DNA of 64,000 nucleotides from a virus. Its lineage: Duplodnaviria > Caudoviricetes. The DNA lies in the IMG/VR virus record IMGVR_UViG_3300035208_001913, positions 1-64,000 of that record; one strand, written 5' to 3'. The position numbers and the translations under genes were made by a program. The notes beneath the pieces were generated by a model. It made no database searches. It had not been told where the DNA came from and saw nothing but the letters and a program-made list of their open reading frames with translations. Each line of letters begins with the position of its first letter. Position 1 is the first letter of the stretch. Positions 1 through 10,200 of the stretch are shown in pieces.

Positions 1-110
1 GTAAAACATACCACGTAATAAATAAAGATGACAACGATTATAAATTGGTTGACGATAATGGAAATGAACGATATTACCAACTGGAACACTTTATTGAGAT
101 AGACGAATAA
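1..110 (+). CDS. 3' end of a hypothetical protein (truncated by window edge)
   Basis: Open frame from base 3 (KTYHVINKDDNDYKLVDDNGNERYYQLEHFIEIDE) to TAA at 108-110. Confidence 0.55.
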   Translation, partial: KTYHVINKDDNDYKLVDDNGNERYYQLEHFIEIDE

Positions 111-172
111 TTTTATTTGTTTATAACTATTTGCTAAATACAACAATTATATATATAAAATAGTATAACTAT

Positions 173-367
173 ATGATACCAAAAGAATTACAATACACTG
201 AAAAAAAACTTTTAATGTTAACAAAACGACAAAAATCATCATTAGAAAAGCTTAGTCAATACGGTGTAAATGTGTCTGAATTTATTCGGCGTGCCATAAG
301 AAGACAGATTAAAGATGAGTGGCCGGAAATTAAGGATAATAAAGACAAAGTGAAGTTGCCTTTTTAA
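173..367 (+). CDS. Ribbon-helix-helix (CopG/Arc-like) DNA-binding protein
   Basis: 64 aa; beta-strand KLLML then helices LEKLSQYG-VNVSEFIRRAI, typical RHH pattern. Confidence 0.6.
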   Translation: MIPKELQYTEKKLLMLTKRQKSSLEKLSQYGVNVSEFIRRAIRRQIKDEWPEIKDNKDKVKLPF

Positions 368-433
368 AAACTACCAAATAATCACAGTCAAAGCAATATC
401 CTGACGTTAGCCAGTTATGGCAAATGGGGCAAA

Positions 434-853
434 TCACGTTAACTCGGTGTTGTAGGTGAACAATGATTCGGGGTCTGTGTCCTTATATATAATACCTTCT
501 AACTTTCTAACTCTAAAATGAACGTGTGCCCCTGTTCCAAGTCCTGTGTTGCCTGTTAATGCAAATACTTCACCAAGTGAAACTTCATTACCCTCTTTTA
601 CAATGACTTTAGACAAATGGGCGTAAGAAGTTAGTAAGCCGTTATCATGTTCAATTCTTAAATAGTTACCATTCAAATCGTCAAAACCTATTTTAACACA
701 TTTGCCAGATGCAATAGTATTTTTTAAAAAAGTACCAATAGGACAGGCAATATCAACTCCATTATGAAAACGTTTCTGTTTAGTTACAGGGTGTATTCTC
801 ATGCCATATTTACTACTTATTCGATATGGTGTTACTGTTGGGTACATGTACAT
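434..853 (-). CDS. M23 family metallopeptidase, probable endolysin
   Basis: ISSKYGMRIHP, HNGVD (HxxxD), YAHLS, GNTG, HVHF (HxH) motifs; last gene of the late arm, next to membrane proteins. Confidence 0.9.
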   Translation of the reverse strand: MYMYPTVTPYRISSKYGMRIHPVTKQKRFHNGVDIACPIGTFLKNTIASGKCVKIGFDDLNGNYLRIEHDNGLLTSYAHLSKVIVKEGNEVSLGEVFALTGNTGLGTGAHVHFRVRKLEGIIYKDTDPESLFTYNTELT

Positions 854-1158
854 TACAGCAACCCCTTCCCATTGTCATAATTAATACCTACCCATGTCAA
901 TATCTTTGCTAATATCCTGTCATAGAAAGCCATTGCAAAACCAAAATAAACTACAATTAAATGTATTGGCATCTTTGCAGAATAAAACCAAATAACACCG
1001 AATATTACCCCCCACGCAAGAGTGATAACAATTTTAAACCATTTAGGCGTTCCTTTAAAGCCTAATTGTAAGGTGAAAAAAGTAAAAACTACAACCGCTA
1101 TCGGATAGAAGTAATCCTGCTGCGGTATTGACTGTAGAGCTGTTGTGATTGTTTCCAT
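853..1158 (-). CDS. Probable holin (three predicted TM helices)
   Basis: 101 aa with three hydrophobic segments; TAATG overlap with the M23 gene. Confidence 0.6.
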   Translation of the reverse strand: METITTALQSIPQQDYFYPIAVVVFTFFTLQLGFKGTPKWFKIVITLAWGVIFGVIWFYSAKMPIHLIVVYFGFAMAFYDRILAKILTWVGINYDNGKGLL

Positions 1159-1161
1159 AAT

Positions 1162-1239
1162 TTAATATTCTTTATATTTGTTAATAATTGAAATTACACC
1201 TGCGACTATGAGACAGGCAAAGAGTATAAGTAGTATCAT
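1162..1239 (-). CDS. 25-aa single-TM micropeptide (not in ORF track)
   Basis: MILLILFACLIVAGVISIINKYKEY*; ATGA overlap with the stop of 1236..1544; fills the gap to the holin. Confidence 0.55.
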   Translation of the reverse strand: MILLILFACLIVAGVISIINKYKEY

Positions 1240-1544
1240 TTTATCAAAGTTGTTACAATGTCAATAAAATTAAAACCAATTAAAGTTGCAATTAATGCTA
1301 CACAAAAATAAAATATTTTTGGATGGGTAACAAAAAACGCAAATATTTCTGTGTTTTTTTGAACGTCTTTTATCGGGCATTCTTTTTCGTGAATTTCTAA
1401 AATTGTAACACGTCCATTAGTTTTTGTGGTCTGCTCCTGAATTTTATCTAATTTAAAATTCATTGCCTTAATAGATTCATTATAATCGTTTTCACGATTG
1501 TCTAATCTTTGTAACAGCAGAGCTGCCAGTTCTTCATTAGTCAT
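1236..1544 (-). CDS. Coiled-coil plus C-terminal TM protein (holin/antiholin-like, XhlA-like layout)
   Basis: N-terminal coiled coil, QTTKTNGRV motif, hydrophobic C-terminus; in lysis cassette. Confidence 0.55.
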   Translation of the reverse strand: MTNEELAALLLQRLDNRENDYNESIKAMNFKLDKIQEQTTKTNGRVTILEIHEKECPIKDVQKNTEIFAFFVTHPKIFYFCVALIATLIGFNFIDIVTTLIK

Positions 1545-1630
1545 TTTTGTTCCTCCCTAAATATAAAATAACATATCAAAAATAATGAAAATAAAAATAA
1601 TCCTACTGTTGATAATATAATTGTTTGCAT
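1541..1630 (-). CDS. 29-aa single-TM micropeptide (not in ORF track)
   Basis: MQTIILSTVGLFLFSLFLICYFIFREEQK*; starts immediately after the stop of 1632..1997; its TGA overlaps the next ATG (ATGA). Confidence 0.55.
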   Translation of the reverse strand: MQTIILSTVGLFLFSLFLICYFIFREEQK

Positions 1631-1631
1631 A

Positions 1632-1997
1632 TTATTCATATTTTGGTTTATGATTTTCGACATCCCAAATACCTTTTAAACAATACTCATTTTCATTTGG
1701 TGGAATTGGAAAGTCGATGACCGTCTTAATTGCTCTTATCTGTTTTCGCCATTCAATCCATTCTATTTCTCCATGACTTGGCAATTCAAAAAAATCTGTT
1801 GCAGTTAGTAATTTTGCTCTTGCTTCCAAAACCTCTTCTAAAGAAGGTTCTAATTCATTAAAAGAATCAATGATTAGCTGTGCTTCTTGCTTCTGCTCAG
1901 GTGTTGGATCTATTGCCCATGATATTGCTGCATTCTGGTCTATGCCTGTAATTGGTAAGCCTTTTTCTAATGATGTATGTAATTTTTTTATATTCAT
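1632..1997 (-). CDS. Tail fibre assembly chaperone-like protein
   Basis: RAKLLTATDF...WRKQIRAI...FPIPP resembles tail assembly chaperone pattern; directly downstream of the fibre gene. Confidence 0.55.
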   Translation of the reverse strand: MNIKKLHTSLEKGLPITGIDQNAAISWAIDPTPEQKQEAQLIIDSFNELEPSLEEVLEARAKLLTATDFFELPSHGEIEWIEWRKQIRAIKTVIDFPIPPNENEYCLKGIWDVENHKPKYE

Positions 1998-1999
1998 AA

Positions 2000-4177
2000 T
2001 TAAAATTCTACTAAAATACTTAAAATTGTGTTATAATAATTTACAGTGCCAGAAAAAACTCTTTCACCAACATAAAAGTTATATACCCCCTTTGTATAAT
2101 TTATAATTCCAAACGAGCTTAAAGTGGCATTAAATGAAGTAAGAATTTGAGGAGCACAAAATGTAACCGCTACCCCAACTATACTGTACCCAATTTGTAA
2201 ACCACCATAGGCACTTGAAGCATCAAACGCAGCTGATTGATGACCAATAGTTATTGTTTCTTGCAATAATAAGATTACTATTTCTGTGCTATTGTCATTA
2301 TTCCACTTCCTTGATGTTGAATTATTGTAAGTATGAGACGTTGTGGAAGTTCTATATACTCTTTTTGTTTTAATATTAAATTTATTTTTTAATAACAATA
2401 TAGTTGCCGACATGGTTATCTGACCCGCTGTGGTAATAGTACCTCCGCTGCCTACATACAACCATGTGTTATCCGTAGGTGAAACTTCCATTCCATTCAC
2501 AAGTGAGTTTGTTATTGGTGTAGCCAAATCAGTCCAAAATACCATTCTTAACTCTGGTGCCGATGTTCCTTTTATGAGGTATATATCAAACGCCTTTGAT
2601 GCAGGGACTTTAAACGTGATTGTAACTGTACCATCTGCTGTGGCATTGTTATTCATTGTGATTTGGGTAGAACTGTCTATACTTGCTATTGTAGATGCAG
2701 CAGCAATACCAGTTCCCGTTACTTCCATACCAACAACTAATTGAGATGTATCTGTAAGCCCTGTTATAACCTTGCTTCCATTGGTTGTTATACCTGTTTG
2801 TGAGTCAGTGAGGTTAATGGATAAGTCTGTTGTAAGTTGGTAAGTAATCCAATCAGTACCATCATATATAGTACATTTCCCACCCAAATACTGAGTAAGA
2901 TATATCACTGTCTTAGCTGTCTGAACTGTTGTGGATACAGGGACACCTGTCTCAAGTGTAAGTCTGAACTGTTGTGGGTAATGTTGAACGTCTATATCTA
3001 TTTTGACTCCAGCATCATCAGTGGCAATACCACCTTTGACTTTTAATTTAAACTCATCAGGCATATCGTTGCCGTTCTCGTCAACTATTGTCTGAATGCC
3101 TGTACTTTCTGCTGACACAAATGGGTCAGCAATAGTACCTGCACCTGTTATCGTAACCCCATCACCTACTTGATCGCCAGAATTATTGCCTGAATGAGTG
3201 CCACCATTAAGCGTTGTGTCGTCTGTAACGGTTAGTGTTTTCCCTGCTGTTATAGCAAGTCCTAAAGCTGTTGCTATATTAGCCCACGTTATATATTTCC
3301 ATAGCAGATTAACAGTGTCCCAGAAGTGGAACTCTGAGGCTGCTATTGGTGTGTCTGCTGCGGTGGCTGTGGGGTCAATTATGCTTAAAGGATGTGTGGC
3401 AGGGTGTGTATAATTATTAGCTCCTGCTTCTATACCATCAAGTTTTAATTTATCACCTGCTACAAAACTTGCTGCTTCACTTGCACTAAAAATAGGGTCT
3501 GTTTCAGTTGCAGGAACATCCGCCCCAGTAATAAAACCTGCTCCATTGGTTAAATCTCCTGTATCTGCTGGGATTGTAGGTTTATTCTTAATAAAATCTA
3601 ATAAAACATTATTAGCCTGATTCCAATCAGATTGTATCTGAGCCGCAGGAATAGCTGGTAAATTATCTAAGTCATTATAATCATTACTTATTGCAACATC
3701 TGATAACTCATAAAGAGTACCATTATATATACCATAATATTTACCATCTAATAAGTTTTTTAATCTTACTTTACTTAAAGCACTTCCATCTCCTTCTATT
3801 GTAACATTATCTGTTTGTATTGTTCCACTTCCTCCTGTTGCTTCTACCCATCCTGTTCCTGGAGTATAACCATAATTCTTTGTAATGTCTGTAGGTAATG
3901 GTAATAAAGCTGTTAATATAGTAGTAAGATTGGTATGTTCTGCTGATGTAATATGTACTGTAGTATTTGCAATATGTAACGTTATAGTATTATTTATAAT
4001 ATTAATATCACTTTGTAATACCCAATGCCAATCATGTTTCCAATTCTTTGTTATCTTAGTACTTATTATAGGTTCTAATCTATAAACATTTCCGGTATCT
4101 GTAATAACAACAATAAGAAATTCACTATAATTATTATAGGAAAATGATATAAATTCTCTATTTGTTAAATATAACAT
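2000..4177 (-). CDS. Tail fibre / receptor-binding protein
   Basis: 725 aa, Thr/Gly-rich; fibre-shaft motifs YNDLDNLP, QSDWNQ...FIKNKP, ETDPIF, KLKLDGIEAGANNYTHPATHP; beta-rich C-terminus. Confidence 0.8.
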   Translation of the reverse strand: MLYLTNREFISFSYNNYSEFLIVVITDTGNVYRLEPIISTKITKNWKHDWHWVLQSDINIINNTITLHIANTTVHITSAEHTNLTTILTALLPLPTDITKNYGYTPGTGWVEATGGSGTIQTDNVTIEGDGSALSKVRLKNLLDGKYYGIYNGTLYELSDVAISNDYNDLDNLPAIPAAQIQSDWNQANNVLLDFIKNKPTIPADTGDLTNGAGFITGADVPATETDPIFSASEAASFVAGDKLKLDGIEAGANNYTHPATHPLSIIDPTATAADTPIAASEFHFWDTVNLLWKYITWANIATALGLAITAGKTLTVTDDTTLNGGTHSGNNSGDQVGDGVTITGAGTIADPFVSAESTGIQTIVDENGNDMPDEFKLKVKGGIATDDAGVKIDIDVQHYPQQFRLTLETGVPVSTTVQTAKTVIYLTQYLGGKCTIYDGTDWITYQLTTDLSINLTDSQTGITTNGSKVITGLTDTSQLVVGMEVTGTGIAAASTIASIDSSTQITMNNNATADGTVTITFKVPASKAFDIYLIKGTSAPELRMVFWTDLATPITNSLVNGMEVSPTDNTWLYVGSGGTITTAGQITMSATILLLKNKFNIKTKRVYRTSTTSHTYNNSTSRKWNNDNSTEIVILLLQETITIGHQSAAFDASSAYGGLQIGYSIVGVAVTFCAPQILTSFNATLSSFGIINYTKGVYNFYVGERVFSGTVNYYNTILSILVEF

Positions 4178-5355
4178 TATGGTATATTTGTTTCAGTTAC
4201 ATTATTATTCACACAATAGTATTCATCATATAACTTATACATTTCTTCTGTAGTTACACAATTAACAGCATCTAATATACAAGTAGAACAAACACCATCT
4301 TCTACATCTCCGTCTATATATAATTCCTTATATGCATTAGCAACAACATTTTCATAAGAACAGTAAGCACCGGTATGATCATTTACCCATAAAACATCTC
4401 CTGTTATCTCTAATATTGAAGTACCATCTCTATATTCTGTTTCTATAAGATTTTCTACTGTCCATACCTGAGTACCTATTTTTACAGTTCTATATGCTTG
4501 ACCATTATTTCCTATATAATCAGCACAATAAGTCCCATCTACTAATAAAAATTCTACAGGAGATGCTAATCGTACTAATTTTACTGAACAACCTAAGTTT
4601 TTATTAGCCATTGCAGATGTAGTAAAATGAGCTAAATTATACATCATTTGTCTCTTTATACCTAAACCCATAAAATCTGTAGATGTCCAAAAATGAGCAA
4701 TACTTTGTTTATGATAAAAATTTCCTAACTCATCTCTATAACCACCAGGTAATCCCTTAAAATTATAAGTATCTGTAGCAGCTGTATTAGGTGCAGTCCA
4801 TGAAGGTTCTAAAGCAGGGGATGTTATAATACTTTTTAAAAATCCTCCTGCAGTAGTAGCAGAACCTATATAATTCATCAATGTATCATAGTCTGTATTT
4901 AAAGGTACTATCCAACTTGCATTAGAAGTTATTTGATGAATATTTGTTATTGCCCATCTATTATATAGATATCCATATTTTATTTTCTTGTATGGTGATA
5001 AAGAGACTCCAATACCTATATATAACAGATTATTATATATTCCTGAAATAGAAACAGATAAGGATTGATTTATAATTTCAAATGCTATTTCATCAATAGT
5101 TCCTGATAAATAAACAGGTTTTTGATTAGAATCTCCAAGTACAATATCACCCCCTGAGAATGAATATATTTCTATCATTTCTTCTGGAAGGACATTATAA
5201 TGATTTAACATTTTTAAATATGATGATATTATAAATAGATTTTGTTCTTCTTTACACATACCATACTTTAAACCGGTTGCATATTTATTCCCATAATATA
5301 CTACTAAATCATTAAGAGCATTTATAAGATTTGTTTTTTCTGATTGATATATCAT
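4177..5355 (-). CDS. Tail-associated protein with Fibrobacter succinogenes major paralogous (Fib_succ_major, CLec-fold) domain
   Basis: YGYLYN, W.VP...DY..L, GLPGGYR, FWTST, GCSVKLVR and YRTVKIGTQVWTVENL motifs. Confidence 0.8.
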   Translation of the reverse strand: MIYQSEKTNLINALNDLVVYYGNKYATGLKYGMCKEEQNLFIISSYLKMLNHYNVLPEEMIEIYSFSGGDIVLGDSNQKPVYLSGTIDEIAFEIINQSLSVSISGIYNNLLYIGIGVSLSPYKKIKYGYLYNRWAITNIHQITSNASWIVPLNTDYDTLMNYIGSATTAGGFLKSIITSPALEPSWTAPNTAATDTYNFKGLPGGYRDELGNFYHKQSIAHFWTSTDFMGLGIKRQMMYNLAHFTTSAMANKNLGCSVKLVRLASPVEFLLVDGTYCADYIGNNGQAYRTVKIGTQVWTVENLIETEYRDGTSILEITGDVLWVNDHTGAYCSYENVVANAYKELYIDGDVEDGVCSTCILDAVNCVTTEEMYKLYDEYYCVNNNVTETNIP

Positions 5356-5367
5356 AATAATAAATTT

Positions 5368-6600
5368 TTAAGAACCACTTAAATCTTGCCATTCATATCC
5401 TGTTGCTGTTGTAACTAATACTTGTCCTGCTACTCCCGGATGTCTTAATGTTTCAAATAATGTTTCTCTTGGATTTACACCCATATCATCTTTAGCAATC
5501 CATATATCTCCTTTTCTAACATTAACTTTTGCTCCTGTACTATCTACTGCATTTAGAAATTCTGGTCTTATTGATTTAGGATATATTAATAAATAAAATG
5601 TATTAGGATTTACTCCTGATTGTTCATTATAGATATCTCCTATTCCTAATATCTTTGCTGTAGTATCTCCTATAACAGCATCATAAATCATAAATACATA
5701 TTCATGTGCTAATACACCTGCAGAAGCTATAATCATATTTAATAATGAAGCAGTACTTGCAGCATCTCCTATAAGTAAATTATGCTGTGGCATTACAGGC
5801 ATTTTCCCAAACGTTACTGCATTATTAGCTATCTTAGCTGATGTAATAGCCAAATCTGTTATCATTGATGTAATAACAGGATTAGTACCTATAATCTGTA
5901 CTAATGTTCCGGGTATTCCTCCTGCGACTGGTACCTTTGCAATAACTGTATAGGTAGTTGTGCTTACAGGTGCTGCTCCTCCTGTAGCAACTGCTATAAA
6001 ATCATATGTCCATGCAGGTTTTTCAATGATAATATAATCATCTTTATCATCTGTAAGGTCTAATTGTGAGGCAGCATATGTAATTCTATGTCCATCAATA
6101 TAATAATTATTGGCATCCATTTCTATTATAGTGCCACCTATATTACTCTTAGTTACTACAGAAGAAGCATAATTATTAAATGGTAATTCATGTCTTCCAT
6201 CTTTTATTAAATCTTCTTTATTAACTGTTTTATTTTCAGCATAATTAATAATATGATCTACTATCTCTTTAATATCATCTCCTGTAGTTATATCTACTAT
6301 ATTTACTGCTGTTGCAGGCAATACATAATCCGGATATGCAGGTAAAGCAATTGTATCTGTTGTTAAATCAGTATAATGAATAACCAAATCAGATGCTATT
6401 ATTTCTATACTACTAATACCATTTCCTGTATCTCCTTTGGGTATTGGAATATAAAGAACTGCTGCGTTAGTTAAAGTAATAACCATTTGGTCAAGAATAT
6501 TTGTTATACTTTGTATTCCTATTCCTGTTGGGCCTACATTTTGTTGAATTGGAGTACAACCACATTCACTACATGGCTGACAATTATTATTTGTTGTCAT
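5368..6600 (-). CDS. Tail fibre/spike-like structural protein
   Basis: GPTGIGIQSI / GDTGNGISSI repeats, ITSAKIANNAVT repeat, Cys-rich N-terminus; in tail module. Confidence 0.65.
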   Translation of the reverse strand: MTTNNNCQPCSECGCTPIQQNVGPTGIGIQSITNILDQMVITLTNAAVLYIPIPKGDTGNGISSIEIIASDLVIHYTDLTTDTIALPAYPDYVLPATAVNIVDITTGDDIKEIVDHIINYAENKTVNKEDLIKDGRHELPFNNYASSVVTKSNIGGTIIEMDANNYYIDGHRITYAASQLDLTDDKDDYIIIEKPAWTYDFIAVATGGAAPVSTTTYTVIAKVPVAGGIPGTLVQIIGTNPVITSMITDLAITSAKIANNAVTFGKMPVMPQHNLLIGDAASTASLLNMIIASAGVLAHEYVFMIYDAVIGDTTAKILGIGDIYNEQSGVNPNTFYLLIYPKSIRPEFLNAVDSTGAKVNVRKGDIWIAKDDMGVNPRETLFETLRHPGVAGQVLVTTATGYEWQDLSGS

Positions 6601-6602
6601 AA

Positions 6603-7214
6603 TTAATTACAATTACAAGGTGAAACACTATAACTATCTAATCCTTCACATAACCTTTGTAGCCTTAATAATGCATTATTAAATGCACAATCATCCTGTT
6701 TACATTCTGCTGCTTTCAATGTATCATATAAATTTTGCTTCATTCTCATTATTGTCAAATAAGAAGTATCACAAGGATTACATAAATTTGCTTCCATTGC
6801 TATCCATCCTGTCATAACACAACAAACTACAGTACAATAAAAGTATTTCTTGTATGTAGTAGTAAATGTTCCTACTTGAGTACCATCTGATACAGTTAAT
6901 ATAATTTCATATATACCATCTACCATCACTAACTGTTGTTGTAAAAATATCAAAGGATATGTTGCACCCGGAACTCCTGTTAATACTGCTGTAATATCCC
7001 ATGGTGAATCAGTAATCTCTACGCCTGTTATATGATTTTTTATTGTTATCGTTGCTGATGTAATATCCTGTCTACGTAAGGTAGGATAAGGAGCAACTTC
7101 TAAATCACTCCAACCACCGGGGTTTGTAGTTACATTATATAATCCAGTATTATCATATATTTCAACATAATTACAATTTAATGTAGTTATATCTAATGCT
7201 AAAGTTAGTGCCAT
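6603..7214 (-). CDS. Tail hub-like structural protein
   Basis: DNTGLYN...NPGGW N-terminus, DGIYEI Ig-like strand, Cys-rich helical C-terminus; first gene of tail module. Confidence 0.55.
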   Translation of the reverse strand: MALTLALDITTLNCNYVEIYDNTGLYNVTTNPGGWSDLEVAPYPTLRRQDITSATITIKNHITGVEITDSPWDITAVLTGVPGATYPLIFLQQQLVMVDGIYEIILTVSDGTQVGTFTTTYKKYFYCTVVCCVMTGWIAMEANLCNPCDTSYLTIMRMKQNLYDTLKAAECKQDDCAFNNALLRLQRLCEGLDSYSVSPCNCN

Positions 7215-7227
7215 AATTATTTTTTTT

Positions 7228-7235
7228 CAAATTTA
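7228..7235 (-). promoter_or_regulatory. Bacteroidota-type -7 promoter element (TAAATTTG)
   Basis: Matches TAnnTTTG in the short intergenic gap upstream of the tail module. Confidence 0.5.
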
Positions 7236-7253
7236 TGAATTTATTTTTAAATA

Positions 7254-10200
7254 TTATTCTTTTTCTTCTTCACCATAATAATCTACCATAGTTTTTATAT
7301 CTTGTGATGTTGATACTAAACTATTTAATGGTAATGATGCTCTTATCTTTTTAAAGTTCATTTCAAAGATACCCTCTATAAATCTATTCATTATACTAAA
7401 GGCTGCAAATGTAGAATCCTTACCTATCATTCTTAATAGAGTAGGAATTACTAATATTGAATCTGAAGCATAAAAGAAATTCTTAACAAGTCTTGTTCTT
7501 AAAATAGGTTTATCATCATCTTTATCTCCAGTAAGTAATGACCATAATAACATTGATGCCATCCATACTAACCATGTAGTCATAAATCTTGCTAAATTTC
7601 TTGCTTTATGTGGTGATTGTGTCCAATATTCTTTGCTAAATACTTTCTGATCCTTAACGAATAAATCTCTACCAGCATTCATCATTGTCCTAAAATAGCC
7701 TTCCATATATACTCTTTTCCATTTAGCAACAGTATTTCCTTCTTCATCTTTAAAGTAATCTACATATCCTAATCCTTCTGAATAAGTTCCTTGTTGAACT
7801 GCATTATTAAACTTTGTCATAAAGAATGTCTTAAAAGTATTGAATAATTTTCCAACAAGCCATGTGCCCATAAGATTTTTCTCATTTCTACTATAAGCAC
7901 CGGTAACATAATTACTAGCTATAGTTTTTATTACTCTTATTTCCTTAAAGAAAAATGGTTTTGTTATTGCATCATCTATATTATTAATAAATCCACTTTC
8001 TAACATTTCATTCTTAGCTAATGCTAATCTTGCTATCTGTTCTGGAGTTTGTGATATACCATCTTTTCCATAATATCTTCTATCTTTAGTAATATCATAT
8101 ACTAATTCTCCTTTTTCATTTAATGATACTGAATCTCTCATACCTTGATTTCTCATATATGCTGCCATAACAACACCTCTTGCATAATAATCAGCTGCCC
8201 AGTTAAAGTAGTTAGCCATATGAGAACCTATAAAGTGTTTCTTTCCTACTTGATGTACTTGATGTGTTGCCATTTCATAATCAGTAGAATTAAATATCTG
8301 ATTTTCCATACCTAACTGACTCAAAAGATTATAGTTTTTAAGTACATCACCCGAAGCTGCAATAAGATCACCTACATTAAAGTATAATCCTTCTTTATTC
8401 TGTTGTATCATCTGTATTACTGAACCTGCTATACCTTCTATAAATGCTGTCATACCATTATGTACTAAACTTAATATACCTACATTAAGATTAGCAAACA
8501 TAACAAATGCAGAAGTGGTATTAGATACGTTAGTTATTATCTTATCTGCCTTAGCTGACTTAATCTGAAATCTCTTTCCTAATATAGTACTTCTTACATA
8601 ACTATCAAGATATTCTAAAGAATTTTTCTGGTCAAATATTTCATCTCCTTCATATATTTCGTTCATTCTATTTAAAAGAGAACGTGCTCCATTAATAACA
8701 GGTAATACATTTTCTTCATATTCCATTTTTCTTTCCATTGAAAGAACAAACATTTTCATTATTACCTCTAAATCCTTTGATATTAAATCTTGTCTTTTTG
8801 GATCTAACAATATCAAGTCATTAGTAGTTTCATCAAAACCTAATCCTAAATGTTTCTTTATATCACTTCTTTTACCATATTTAGTTTTATTAAGTGTTTC
8901 TGTAGAACCTGTATATATTTGTTTGAAAAAAGCATCAGGCATTTCATCAAGAAAATCTGTACCCGATTTATTATCATATATGCCCATTAAGTTTTCAAAA
9001 GATTCCATAGCATTTGCTGTCTGTTCTACAGTAAGATTAATAGCATCTTTAATATGAAACTTACCCATCTTTTCTGTTACTGTCTGATACATCCATGGTA
9101 TAGTACCTGGATTATAATTATAGATATTTTTATTTTCACCTAGTTCTTTAATAGCTTGTTCTATAGTATAAGGAAGTCCATATTGATGTTTTTTATGTAC
9201 TATCATTTTAGCGTACATATTAGTTATCTGATTAACTAACCATGCACCTTTTTTTAATATTTCTTTTCCTTCAGTAGTTTTGTTGAGCTCCTGAGCATAT
9301 TTATATCCTACAGGATCTAATTTTTCATCTGTTGTCCAAGCAACTCTACCTGTCCATACTTTTACATTATTACCCTGCATATCTTTAGCATTCTCATAGA
9401 CATATAATTTATCATAAGCTTTATATGAACTATCAACTACTTCAAATTTTACATCTTGTCTGAAATACTTAACAAAATCAGTAAATCCATTCTTATTAAA
9501 ATTAAGAATCTGTTGTACTACACTCATATGAGATTGTTCTGTAGCATCAGTGATACGACTAAGGACTTCATGTGGTACTGCATATTGTGTAGCAGTCATA
9601 TTATTTATTGTCTGTAAGTCCTTCATCCTATTCATTCGTTCCTGTGGTAATCCATTATTATCTAAAGCAAATATAGTTTTGATAAGAAATAATATTTCAT
9701 GGTTTTCTCTATCTGATATTTTCTTATTATCCATTTCAGAATAGATTTTAGATAATCTCTGTCTACATACTGTTATTTTATCATGGTTACTTAAACCATC
9801 AAAGTTTTCTACTACCTGTCCTTCTATTGTAAAACGTACTGCTTTTTCCTCTAAGTTATCTTTTCTGTTTTTATAAGCCTCATTATAAACTGCATTAAGT
9901 ACATCACCATAAGAATAATTACTATCTCTATATGCTGTTGAACTAAATAGTTTAAGCATCTCTGGACTTAACTTTTCTTTAAAGGAAGTACTTTTAAGCA
10001 TATTATGTAACTGTTCTGTATAATGCTGTCTTTCTGTCCATGATACTACAGGTGTAGAATTAGGATATAGTTGTATTATATTAACATCATCAATACCTAT
10101 ATTCCTATTACTTTCAGCTATTTTATTAGCTAATAGAGTAAGTTTAATATGACTTAGGTCTTTATAAATACTTTTTAATTCTATTCCCTTACTTGCATGG

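Noticed and set aside
4177-5355. Diversity-generating retroelement targeting the CLec-fold protein
   Set aside because: No reverse transcriptase and no adenine-variant template repeat noticed in this window; cannot be excluded elsewhere in the genome
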